Source: Dicyema japonicum (Eukaryota; Animalia; Dicyemida). From it: a stretch of DNA of 64,000 nucleotides. Shown here piece by piece: positions 25,358 through 36,760 of this stretch. Every line of letters begins with the position of its first letter. Position 1 is the first letter of the stretch. The translations under genes and the position numbers were made by a program. Below the pieces are notes generated by a model. That model saw nothing but the letters and a program-made list of their open reading frames with translations. It did not search any database and was not told where the DNA came from. Location of the stretch: positions 560,760 to 624,759 of the forward strand of contig RDEW01000037.1 of NCBI GenBank assembly GCA_011109175.1, written 5' to 3'.

Positions 25358-26768
25358 AAAAGCCGCGTGGAGTGCGGAAAAAAAGTCAAGTCGTCTTTTT
25401 TTAGTTTATATCGCATTTTTGTGATACTACTAGCATCTTTTAATTTTTAAAAAATTTTTCAATACTTGACTTTTTTTCCGCTTGACTTTTTTCTTGATTT
25501 TTCCGCTTGACTTTTTTTCTATTTGAAAATTTTTCCCTTATAAATTTTCGAAATTTAGCGCAAAATAGAAAAAAGTCAAGTCCGCTAACGAAATCACGAC
25601 TTGACTTTTTTTTCCGCTTTGGTATAATCGCTTTGACTAAATCAATTTAAGAATTTCAAGGTAATAATAAAATTTTTTCCCTAACAATAGCCAACGAGAT
25701 ACGTTCTCGGAACCAACTAGTCTCTCGCAGATCCTTGGTCACAGCTTGAATCATGGAGCCGATCTTACGAACCAACTCATCTGCTTGGGGGCCAAAGATT
25801 CCTAATATAATAAAATTGACTCGCGTTTTATCCGATAGTGGTCGAGACAACTGGAGGAATAAGTGGAAAATCGCTTCGCTTCCTAAAGAAACTTGGACGC
25901 TTAGCTACACTAAAAAGCCACGACGCACGTGAGACCCGGTGGCTACTCCAGTTGATCTCTGTTGCAATCGTGAGAGGCAACGCAACGTCGATAATGTCGG
26001 CGGGGTCCACTTTGGATGGATGGCAGTTTTAAATATGCTTTACTGGGGATAAATTAACGAATTAACACTTAATAATTTTAACAAATTTAATAAAATTGAC
26101 TTAACTTTTTTCGCTTTGGTTTAATCTTTTTGACTTAATCAATATACGGATTTTAAGTTGAATTTCCCAAGAAGGAATTTCTCACAATCACGAATTTGAC
26201 GAAAGTCAAATAAAACTGATGAAATTGTGCAACAAAGCAAAACTTATTGCTAAAACGAGTCAAGAAAATCCCTTACAAATCTATTCAAAGGTTGTGTCTC
26301 AATGTGAAACAGCAACCAGAATTATTTTCCCTTCTGCAGATTCTTTCAAGCGAACACTAAGGAATCAACGCTTGTCTCTACATATTCCAAAAAATATTTT
26401 CGATCTCGGAGATATTCCATCGTCTTTATCTTTAACTCTTGGTCCAGATTCAGAAAATTGATTTAGTCAAAGCGATTATACCAAAGCGGAAAAAAAGTCA
26501 AGTCCGTGATTTCGTTAGCGGACTTGACTTTTTTTCCGTTTTGCGCTAAATTTCGAAAATTTATAAGGGAAAAATTTTCAAAAATGGAAAAAAAGTCAAG
26601 CGGAAAAAAAATCAAGTATTGAAAAAATTTTTAAAAATTAAAAGATGCTAGTAGTATCACAAAAATGCGATATAAACTAAAAAAAGACAACTTGACTTTT
26701 TTTCCGCTTGACTTTTTTTCCGCACTCCACGCGGCTTTTTTCCGCTTGACCTTTTTTCCACTATCCCC
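25358..26768 (+). mobile_element. Internally deleted Mutator-like (MULE/Phantom-type) element with ~290-bp TIRs, present in unit 1 only
   Basis: Inverted arms ~25358-25648 and ~26455-26739 built from CTTGACTTTTTTTCCG sub-repeats. Internal frame 26180-26461 reads SHNHE..KAKLIAKTSQENPLQI..FPSADSFKRTLRNQR..IPSSLSLT, the MULE segment after the HNH zinc finger. Confidence 0.85.
25660..26032. mobile_element. Two divergently oriented CRE 3'-end fragments nested inside the MULE
   Basis: Minus strand: LGIFGPQA..RETSWFRERISLAIVR. Plus strand: PIVVETTGG..RETRWLLQLISVAIVRGNA. Confidence 0.8.
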
Positions 26769-26919
26769 AATCATCCTACAACCAAGCCGCGTTGGATCCA
26801 GAAGGCGTACAAGAGAGGATGAGAAATCAGATTGAGCACTTCGAGATCACTTAATTAATTTAAGTAATTAAATTAACTATTTGTGTTCTTGGGTTAATAA
26901 TAAACTGATATCTAGCCTA

Positions 26920-27660
26920 ATGAATCTGATAATGATGTTATACTTTCTTATGCAGATGATATTTTGTTGGCTTCGCGAGATCAGGACATCCAGAAGGCCA
27001 CAGAAAGATTACAAATTAACCTGGATAGGCTTAATGCCTGGATAATGGAACACCGGCTCGTGGTGAATGCAGAGAAGTCGTCTACCTCACTATTTACCTT
27101 TGACAAAAGATTGGGAAGGAAGACAGTCACCTTGAAGTTATACAAGGTCGACATCCATTTCAACAGATGTCAAAAGATCTTGGGTGTGACAATTGATATG
27201 CATCTCTGTTTGACACCACACGTAGAAAACATTCTATTGAAATGCGAGAAGAAACTGAACGTATTGAATAGTTTATCGAAAGTATGGAAGAGTGGTACTC
27301 ACCCAGTCTTGATGAACGTGAACAAACAGTACATCGAGCCATGTTTCTCATATGCATGCGCCTCGTGGGGACCATCCATGTCTTGGACAAATATGAGGAA
27401 AATTGAGGTACTGCAAAAGACGGTTTACGGAGTAACGGAGCGTTGGATTTGTGAAGATCATCGAACCGGACCTACGCCTCTGGAGGCCCTTATGAGACTA
27501 GACTCCAGATCACGGGAAGGTGGACCTGAAAATTCAGTCCTGTACGTTCATGCGCGGGCACGAAGGAAGAACACTGGGCAAAGATGAGGTCTCTGTTAGA
27601 ATGCATCGGGATCACGTGATAATTAATTTGTTTTTACGTGTTTTTGGTTAAATAAAAAAA
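26920..27660 (+). mobile_element. 5'-truncated LINE (copies ~40749-41404 and ~54617-55274)
   Basis: SYADDI, KILGVTID and QYIEPCFSYACASW motifs. Ends ..LLECIGIT*. Confidence 0.9.
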
Positions 27661-28324
27661 CTAATAATTTACAAGGTGAGGGATTATCGATTATCACCAT
27701 ATATGTGTAGCTGCTCACAGATGATCCTCGTACTTTTTCCAATTTTTGCCGCACAGGATTATTAAGAGCATCTAACGCTCACTTCCTTTGTTTAGAACTT
27801 AAGGTTTCCGATTTCTCCTAAGTCGATTGCTTCGTCCATGCTCACGAGAATGAAAACATGGGGTTTCATCCGTCATGAAGGGATGTTGATATCTCGTGCG
27901 ATAGAGGTACGCCACCTCCGTCCTCCGACCAATTAACCAATTGGTTTAAATAACTTTAACCCCTGGTTAAGTTAAAGAAACAAACCAACGATAAAACCAC
28001 GTGACATATCCTCCAAATCTCATGTTTTTACCAATAATATCAAAAAAATATTTAAAGGGATTGAATAGCAAAATATTATTTAAGTGGAAGATCCCCGCGA
28101 ACGATGCTGGCTATTAAAATCCTAGCCACCCAGTTATGACTGTGGCCCTCTAACTTTAATTTTTTGTTTTAGCTGATAAACGTACCAAATATAATAATAT
28201 TATGTGACCTATTGAATATAATCTGAATATTAATGCAAAATATAAAAGATGACTAATAATCAGTTTTAATTATTTTAAAGATCTCATAGTTTCAAGCTTG
28301 ACACTAGGTAGTCTGTCATTCTAG

Positions 28325-28500
28325 ATAAGTGGTGGAGATGGAAAACGTCCAGATGAAATGACCATATTTCCGTTTAATGCTGGGAAGTCCCTAGACTGGA
28401 CATGATGTGTAGGAAAATTTTACTTCTAACATCTTCCCTCATAGTACTAACAATGCCTGTTCAATCGCTGGAAAGGCCGAGACATTGAAGCGTCTGACCG
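28325..28500 (+). mobile_element. CRE RLE fragment (copies ~42070-42240 and ~55945-56110)
   Basis: GGDGKRPDEMTIFPFNAGKSL..AGKAETLKR. Confidence 0.75.
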
Positions 28501-28706
28501 GTGAGTTTCCCCGGATGGTCTCTGATCTCTTCAATTAGGGTCTCGTAGAGAGCTTTACAAATAACAATCTAACAACATCCACTTTTGTTTCAGGGAAATT
28601 AGTGACATCAGCATCCACAAATGCAAATATCCAAAAAGAATTATTCCATTTTATCAACCAAAAAATTAAATTTAAGTGAAGCAAATAACAGAAATCAATA
28701 TTTAAA

Positions 28707-29183
28707 CTAATTCTGATTGTGTAGTGAGTTAGAATTAAACTCCTCATATGGGAATTGGGGGTAACCTGAAAACGGTGGTTGTAGCATAGTGTCCTGTCCA
28801 AGGAATGGAATCGTCAAGGAATCCAGGTCTGTTGGGTAATTAAAGTGGGATTCGTTAAAGTACGGCATATCTGTGAACAAACTAGGTACTTCAAGGTGAG
28901 GATCAGCAAAAACTTGGAGGATTTGTGCAGTCGAAGTAGATAGGATAGAAGATACTAAAGTTCCCATAAATCACTTACTACCACCATTGTTTAAGAAAGC
29001 CAGGAGACTCTCCAATCTGTACTGGTCATTCGTATTTAATCTAAATTTAATCAAATCTGTACCTCTTTTATAAAATTCTCGGCTATTTCGCCCGCTCCAA
29101 TATGGTGGAGGTACTCGTAGACGTGAGCTGGGAGTCTTCAACTTTACGATTTAACAGTACCTGTCCTTTTCTTGCAATACCAT
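28707..29183 (-). pseudogene. Ssdp: SSDP/SSBP-like LUFS gene, disabled copy 1
   Basis: Same exon layout as copies 2 and 3, but GGA>TGA in exon 3 (29026-29028) and an extra base in an exon-4 homopolymer (~28910). Confidence 0.85.
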
Positions 29184-29298
29184 TTTAGTTTTAATGTTTT
29201 CACATTTTATTCCTATTTCGGTTCGAAGTGAAATTTATAAAAAATAATATTTTATTAATATATAATTAATTTAAACCTTTTGGATTTATATCTCTCCT

Positions 29299-29581
29299 TG
29301 GCGCTATGTGGTGATACGTGACTAATTGGTTGAAGTTTTCTGTTTGTTTTGTCTGTTCCTCTTTCCCTTACCTACTAGAGTGGCGTCATGTGATCAGTGC
29401 CATGTTGGCACAAAAAGGATCATTTGCTCTCCCCACTTATTGGAGGGGTTTTCCACAACTGCAAGTAATGGACGCCTTTTACCTTTTATGATGGTTCGAT
29501 GTGGACTCTGTTTCTGTAGCAGTAAAAACTGGGTACACTTAACTAGTTGTTTATTTGTAACTTACTTCTCGGTGTATCCGG
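29299..29581 (+). mobile_element. SINE-like element ~115 bp upstream of, and divergent to, the Ssdp ATG (copies 43044-43330 and 56920-57208)
   Basis: Matches the 3437-3762 family. Lacks the A-rich tail. Confidence 0.8.
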
Positions 29582-29719
29582 ACGAACAAAACACAAGACT
29601 GTGTGCTTTTTTTTATTGGAGGAACCAACATCCCCAGTTGTCCCACACATAGTCCGAACAAGGAAGTAGAAGTGCTCTGTCTCGAGATAACTGTTCGTTT
29701 CATGTTAATTTAAGTTGGA

Positions 29720-30400
29720 ACCTGCGAAGTTTTCAAGGCACTTTCTCCGAGTTGACCGCTAAACCAACTCTCGAGTGCGTCCCCTGATAGCATCAAAAGA
29801 TGAAGTACTCCTCCAATACGGAATTTTGCCCTAGTATCAGAGCAGGGCTCAACGGAATCAGACCGGACCATCTGAAAGACTTAACTTCTTTGTCTCTATG
29901 AGATTCAGGACTTCGTTTCACGAATTCAACTACCTCGTTTATGAACCCTAAGTTGTCAACCACTTCCTGCTTTCCTCAAACTTGATACCCTGCGATAAGA
30001 ATGACGGCGGTGTACGACCAGTTGCGGTCGGGTTTGACTTCAGAAGGCTGGCTGCCAAGATTGCCTCCCAATATTCTATAACTGATTCATTTTCAAGAAA
30101 CTATTATGTAAAAGATCGTACCCCTTTGAGTTAGGATGTCTGGCACACTGTTCATCTCAGGCGAGTTTCTACCTGGGCAACGAGAATACAGAGAATGCAC
30201 AAGTAGGGAAGAACATCTACTAAGATGAGGAGACTACTGAGAGGCCATATTGCCTATTAGCCTCGTCCCCTTTTAATTAAATGGTGGTGAATTCTGTTCT
30301 TGAGTCTGCCCCAGTTTTTAAGTATTATCTAACTTTATGTACGTGCTATCCCAAAATAGATGACAGTGATTATTGGTATCAAAGCAATGTTAGAGTTGAT
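29720..30400 (+). mobile_element. CRE-clade RT N-terminal fragment (copies ~43460-44215 and ~57340-58090)
   Basis: AGLNGIRPDHLKDL and SNLIPCDKNDGGVRPVAVGFDFRRLAAKIA motifs. Confidence 0.85.
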
Positions 30401-30574
30401 CCACCCTGGGTCGATTTCCAAGAAGGGGCCAGAATCAATAATTAGATAGCAGTGTTTTTATCATCAACTTGATTATTAAGCCTTGGTTAGAAAATATCGA
30501 TAATTCAATTTGCATAATTATTCAAAAATAACTGAAGGGTGAATCAAATCAAAGTAACACTAAATTAGTGAATC

Positions 30575-30775
30575 TTTGTTGAGGTGTGGCGTGTCTCTTG
30601 CATAAGATGTCTTCTTATGCATTCAATCTTCCCTGTTCACTATTGGATGATCTGAGGGCGTATGCGAGAAACAGGGAAGGATGGAAATGACTTACAGCGC
30701 GTGTCCAGAGATGCATGGCAAAAGTGGAATCTCAAATTAGTTAACTTTTCTGTTTCATTGCTATTAATAATAAAT
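30575..30775 (+). mobile_element. Short LINE 3' end
   Basis: RCGV..HAF..LDDL.AYARNREGW, followed by an A-rich tail. Confidence 0.5.
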
Positions 30776-30789
30776 TAGTGAATTTTCTC

Positions 30790-31357
30790 TTAAAGTATCA
30801 TCTTATAATTGCTTTTGGTTGAATGGTTGACACTTTTCTAGTCTTTAACGTACTCTCAGTTTGTCTACTATACAGTTGGATGTTAGAAACTAGTAGAAAG
30901 GATAGTTGGGAGAGGATAAACCGAAACCCTAGTATTCGTATGTTCATGGGAAACGTGGAGTGCTTTTAACTAAGGAGAGTTCTAGCTCGTATTTGACTTT
31001 TTGCTGTGTAATTTATTGTACCTTCGACTTGCATTTTCAGTTTGGCGTTTTGGTATCGTTCTCCAAGATCATCTTCATCTCCATTTTCCTAATTTGAACT
31101 CCCGAAACTGCCAATGTGCTCAGTTGCTCGTTTTCTTAAATTCTTCAATTTCTTTGTTTAATGTCTGAAATTCCTTTTCTGACAGATTCTTTGCCTTTTC
31201 TCCAGATTGATTTGATTGACAGGTACATTATTCAGTTTTATTGTGCATTCAATATTTTTATTTCGAAAGCCAATTTTCAATACTTTACATTAGTCGCGAG
31301 CCCAAGTCGACACTGAGCCGAGGATGATACTTTGACAGCTTTCAGCATAACTGTCAT
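30790..31357 (-). pseudogene. Possible decayed coiled-coil host gene with micro-introns (triplicated)
   Basis: Open stretches EKAKNLSEKEFQTLNKEIEEFKK and ENGDEDDLGERYQNAKLKMQVE separated by short GT..AG-like gaps. Confidence 0.3.
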
Positions 31358-31416
31358 TTTAACTAAAACTTAATCAATAACTTTATTTTATTTTTACATA
31401 TAAAGATTATGACCTA

Positions 31417-31825
31417 ATGGCCTATAGCAGGATTTTTGTCAAAGATAATGAAGAGTACCGACTACTAAAATCAATCCTTGAAGATCAAAACGTAAATACT
31501 TTTAAAGTTAAAAAGTACTGCCTAAAAAAACGAAAATTTTATTATTATTGACGGAAAGCTTTATCTCAAAGTTGTTGACTTTGAGGATTTGAAAGATACA
31601 TTATTCGTAAGTGATAAATTACTACAATGTTTGCCACTACGCAGTGCCACTGAAACAATATGACGATTTGAGTCGTATTGTTGCAGATTTATCTAATTAG
31701 AGATTTCTAGTTGATCTGATTGATCCTAAAGCTATAGGTTAGGTTATTTTTGTAGATTTGAAAATCAAAATGATCAGTTTTCTTGGTCGTTGTCAGTTAT
31801 AGACGTCTATTAAGAATATTGATTT
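31417..31825 (+). mobile_element. Degenerate rve integrase (Ginger/KRBA2-SCAND3-like) remnant (copies from ~45243 and ~59119)
   Basis: ENFIIIDGKLYLKVVDFE..CH..RFESYC and RFLVDLID..FENQNDQFSWSLSVIDVY. Candidate 38-nt intron at 31607-31644. Confidence 0.6.
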
Positions 31826-31919
31826 ACGAGAAACCTAGAAAATAATCGTGGAATTCAGGTGGCCAACAAATTAGAAGAATAAACCTTTCACTCATCCACA
31901 AATAAATTGCTGCTTTTAT

Positions 31920-33144
31920 TTTTAGGTGTTTGTCCGTTTCAGAAATATAGAGGGATTCTGGGGTTCAATACTATCGTAGAAAATAATATTGAAGTAACGG
32001 AGGCAGACAGTCAAGACAACCCCTAAACATTTAGTAAGGTTTTTTGCCTTTAATTTTACAAAAGATGATTTCAAATTTAATTTTCCAAGGGTCGATCTGA
32101 ATCTCCTTATTATAAAGAATGAATAGGAAGATGGGAGTGCAGAATGAATGGGAAGAATGTCCGTACCATTAACTTCTTAAAGGAATTCTGTGACGTTTTA
32201 CCAAGAGCGTTTATACTACAAAAACAGTGATTCCATATCAGGATTAGGTCGTGGAGAGAAATAGGTTCCACTGTGAGACGCTGTGTAGACGTTAAGGATC
32301 GTAAATCCTTAATGAGAAGATCCTTGCTATACAAAATAAATTGATGCTCTATTCGAAGGAGGATTGAGAGGAAAAGGTGGATAAAGGAATTTTAACTTTC
32401 AGAACTTTCCACAAAAACATTATGCATAGAGAGACTGAATCTGACATATTGTGCTGGAAAACATGGTAGAGGATTTTTTACGCAAAAAGCATCAACTGTT
32501 CTCCACCACCTGTTGAACCTTGTGAACACCTACCGGACATAATTTCAGGAACTTGATCACAGATATGTCTTAAGTAGGACTGACAAATTGAACAGGATAC
32601 ATTCCTCCGTGACAGAATGCAGATATGATGAGCTCGGAGTTGTTCATATAAAAATAAAATTGTATAAGAATGACTTATAAACCTCTTTAAGGCTCTCATA
32701 GATAGAACTATACCTTAACCACTTTAGTTGACAAATCTCAGTCCTTAAATATATAAATTTCTAGTTGAGTCAGTCTCACTCTTAAACGATTGTTGTATTT
32801 CTCTCAGAATAACTTTCTTACTACAAAGCTAATATTTTAAGACTCCACTTGTCTGGTCAGTATTAAAAGACTTTATGTTTCTTTGTGTCTGAGATTGTTC
32901 TCTGGTGCTGTTCTTAGTGACTTGTTAACTAGTAGAGCTGATGATTAGGGGGTCACAAATTTCCTTGTATTCTTTCTGTCCTGATAGGAAATTAAAGGCT
33001 TAGATGAGCTTGTCTGTGATTCATATAAGGGACCACGTGACACATTTAATCAATGAAAACTCTATTCGGGAATTTTAACAAAATGATTTAAATCGTTCCT
33101 TATGGGGATGGCATTGTTAAAAAAAGTTGTCTTAGCAGCGATGA
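31920..33144 (-). pseudogene. Possible decayed multi-exon host gene, apparently continuing beyond the hAT to ~35900
   Basis: Series of 24-60-nt GT..AG gaps linking open frames (e.g. ..KKLM|EIQIDPWKIKFEIIF|WVVLTVCLRYF..). Contains stops; no homology recognised. Confidence 0.35.
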
Positions 33145-33152
33145 CTTTAGAT

Positions 33153-35323
33153 CAGGGATTCTCAACAGGGCCGCATGCGGCCCCACGATTTTGGTGCGGA
33201 CGCTTAAAATTATTAAAAAAATATTACATATTTTACATAATACAGCCGGATTTTAACTGTGCTTTTTCTTTCTGTTTGTTTCGCACAATAAACTTTTTAT
33301 GGTTAAAAAATTTTTACATATTTTAACTATTGTTTTTAAATTAAATATTTTTTGTATTAACTTTTAATTAATATTGCTTGTGATGTCTGGAAAACGTGTT
33401 AAAAGAAGTATAAAAATTATTCAAGAAAATCGTGCAATTAACCCCGAATGGGAGGAACAATTTATCGTTTTTGAAGAAAATGGCAAAGCACATTGCCTGA
33501 TTTGTCTTTTTGTTATTCGATGTCTTAAGTTATATTATGTCGAGAGGCATTATATGAAACATTCTTCAGAATATGATTCATTTCAAGGTGAATCAAGAAA
33601 AATCAAATTTCTATCTATGAAATCAAATCGCAAACTACAAACCACTTTGTTTAAACAGCCCATGTCATCAAGATCCGCTACAATAGCTTTCAAAATTTGT
33701 CATCTACTTGCAAAAAATATGAAGCCGTATTCAGATGGAGAATTTATTAAGCAAGCTATCCTTATATTTACTGAAAAATGTTGTTCTTCAGAAATTAAAA
33801 AAATGTTATAAACTTACAGCTAAGCAACGATACAGTTACTCGGAGAATTGAGAGAATATCTGACGATATTCAATGCCAGCTACTCACTGAATCCAACTTT
33901 TTCGTACACTATTCTATTGCTCTTGACATCACTAAAGATATTGGTGATACAGAACAATTGGCTGTGTTTATTCGAGTGTCATGCCTGAATTCAAAATTTA
34001 TGAAGATTTTCTCACGCTACGTAACTTTCATGCTTCTACTAAAGGAGCTGATATATTCCGTGAATTTCGTGATTGCCTTGAAAAGGCACATTTGGATCTT
34101 TCAAAATGTTTTCAATTGCCACAGATGGATGTCCTTTCTATGGTTGGATGGAAAACTGGGTTTCAAGGTCTCGTAGCTGGATGGCGAGTAGATGATGAGT
34201 TGAGTCCTGTGATTCGGTATCACTGCATACTACATCAAGAAAATTTAGCTGTAAAATCTATGAAAATGGACCATTAACAGAAATGGTCATTTCAATCGTA
34301 AATTTTATTCGCTCTCGTGCTTTAAATCACCGCAATTTTAGGTAATTTCTCGAGGATGTTGATGCTGAGTATGGAGATTTGCTCATGCATACAACCGTAC
34401 GATGGTTGAGTCGGGCAGCATGTCTAAAAAGGTTGTATAAATTTTAAATAAATCGCATTTAGATTTTATGACCTTCTCCCGGAGATTATAAATTTTATTG
34501 ACAATAAGATATTCTATTTTTAGCTTACTGATAAGGAGTGGATTGCGGATTTAGCATTTGTGGTTGATATTTTTACACACCTTTCGATTTTGAATACTTC
34601 TCTGCAGGGTAAGAACAAACTATGTCATGAATTATACGGACTGGTTTCTGCATTTATCGAAAAACTACACCTTTTCAAAATACAAATTGCAAGTAGAGTT
34701 ACCATTCATTTTCCAATACTTTCAAACCACAGGGTAGATGGATCATATGAAAAATATACCTCTGTTATTAGTGACTTAATCGATGAATTCGAAACACGTT
34801 TTAATGATTTTAAAGAAGCTCTACCTATTATGAAAATATTTTCGTCATCTATGGAAACAGATGCTGCAACCGCTCCATATGTATATCATCTGGAGCTAAT
34901 TGAAATGCAGGCAGATTTACAACTTACCGCGCTATTTAAGTCAAGTGAACTATTGGATTTTTGGAGTCGAATTCCACAATGGAAATATCCGAACTTGGTC
35001 GATAATGCTCAAAAAAATGCATCAGTCTTCGAATCAACGTATGCATGTGAAACTCTTTTCAGTAAACTTACGCGAATAAAAAGTAAGTATCGAAATCGAT
35101 TGACTGATGAACACCTAATTCAACTTTTACGTACATCGTCTTCGAACTTTACTCCTCGTTTCGATAAAATAGTAGACGCCAAGCAAAATCAAGTCTCACA
35201 TTGATTTTCTTATTACGTAATAAAGCCTTTTTTCTTTAATCAAATAAAATATTTTTGTGCGGCCCGCAAAGATACTCTTAATTATCGATTTGGCCCTTGA
35301 GCTAAAAAGGTTGAGAACCCCTG
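33153..35323 (+). mobile_element. Complete Buster-subfamily hAT transposon, copy 1, with a disabled transposase (~33383-35204)
   Basis: TIR CAGGGATTCTCAAC / GTTGAGAACCCCTG (13/14 match). 8-bp TSD CTTTAGAT (NNNTANNN) at 33145-33152 and 35324-35331. BED finger, SIALD, ATDG, CILH, RWLSR and STYACE motifs. Intron at 34432-34462. Confidence 0.97.
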
Positions 35324-36013
35324 CTTTAGATAATAAAGCATTTACTCCATCGAAGAATTATTCCTAGTAAGTATGTGAATGTGTAACCATATACTTCAGT
35401 CATTGGAACACGTCGAGATCTTTGGAAGACTTCGTAACACATGGACAAAATCAAAAAAATATTTGTCAAAACAGGAAATTTTCAAATGAAATTTATATAA
35501 GTTCAAGTACCCTCCAGCTGAAAAAAGATTTGTTCCTCTTATCAACTCTAACCTATTAATGTTGATGCATATGTTATCACCCCATTCATTATCCTGGGAA
35601 TAACTGGAATAAATTCAGTAATTATTTTTATAAATATTAAGTTTTAGATAATTCAAGTAATGCTGAGTACAGAGCAAATGGAAGACAAAGATAATTGTTG
35701 GACTCCAATTGAGAATTCACGTAATTCGTTTTTAAATAATTATTTGTTTTCGACTCCGAAAGGTCCACAATATTATGATTTTTTGTGGGTGATAAAGTAT
35801 GCATAAACATTAATAAAAAAGACTTTGGAACAAATCTTTTGTTGTGTCTAGATAAGTTCCATCCATCTCCAGGAATAATTAATATTTATCGAATAATCGA
35901 GTTGAGGTGGTTCTAGTATGTTAAATTAATATATAAAATTCCAAGGGGAAATATGGACTGTGGGAATGACAAGACTTAAGAATAGCTAAAATTATCATCG
36001 AACCTTCAACAGA

Positions 36014-36760
36014 AATGTACAGCAACGGGATTCTAACTACGCCGCTTGCCCGGCACTCGTTACACTGTGTCATACGGCCAGTAATGGACTATAACTAGAT
36101 AATTAAGACTAGAAGTGCAAGCGAGACGGGAGGAAATCTCGATAAAGATAAAGGACATCAAATCGCTAGAATGAAGCAGGAATATATGAGTATGGAGAGA
36201 ATAAAGGAGGATTCGTCAGAGACGATGGAACTTTTAGACAAAGAAAGAAAAGAGAAAACGGAAAATGCGATACAATTGATTAAAAAGCAGGAAGAATATG
36301 ACGGACTGTCTGAGAAGATTGTTTTAGAAGTTAATAATTTTAAGAATCAATCTGTAAAAGTGGGTTTATATAACAGATCAAAAAGAACGCTGATCTAACA
36401 GTAAAATGTCACAGAAAGGCGACGAATTACTGAGAAAATATAAATTTATCGAAAGAACAAGGAAACAAGTCGAGTTGTACAAGCAGGACTTAAAGAACAT
36501 GAAACCAGTTTGTTTGGCTAACAAATTCAGTTGGACACTAGCACACCAGTTAGTAAAATTGGTTCGACTGTGTCACGCCAATCGAACAAAAGAAAGAACC
36601 CTATTTCTACGGAAAAAAGGATCACTAAGACGAATAAGAGCGAGACAGAGATATATTCCCATTATATGTTAGATGGTGTGATTTATTGAAGGACGAGGAC
36701 GAAGATGGATTAGATTTTTTGAATTTGGGACCGGCAAGTAATTTAAAAATTGCAGTATAA
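36014..36760 (+). pseudogene. Frameshifted, intronless K/E-rich coiled-coil ORF in the junction segment (second copy ~49851-50588)
   Basis: Consecutive same-strand ORFs MKQEYMSMERIKED.., MSQKGDELLRKY.. and ..FPLYVRWCDLLKDEDEDGLD... Origin unknown. Confidence 0.4.

Larger units (their letters stand above)
24800..26900 (+). mobile_element. LINE 3' fragment interrupted by the MULE (uninterrupted at ~40130-40748 and ~54000-54616)
   Basis: NLGITF and LYKQFI motifs. Resumes after ~26770 and ends ..IEHFEIT* plus tail. Confidence 0.75.

Noticed and set aside
25376-25620. CRISPR-like or satellite array
   Set aside because: Irregular sub-repeats mirrored at 26480-26760 are TIR structure; there are no spacers or cas genes.
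29326-29652. ORFs over the SINE copies
   Set aside because: Frames are not conserved between copies; this is a non-coding repeat.
31492-31515. 24-nt intron in the integrase remnant
   Set aside because: In frame and stop-free (VNTFKVKK), so it is equally plausible as coding sequence.
34340-34525. TAA/TAG read as Gln (ciliate-type code), suggested by two shared stops in the transposase
   Set aside because: TAG, TAA and TGA all end ORFs in this window (Ssdp, GIT* LINEs), so simple nonsense mutations suffice.
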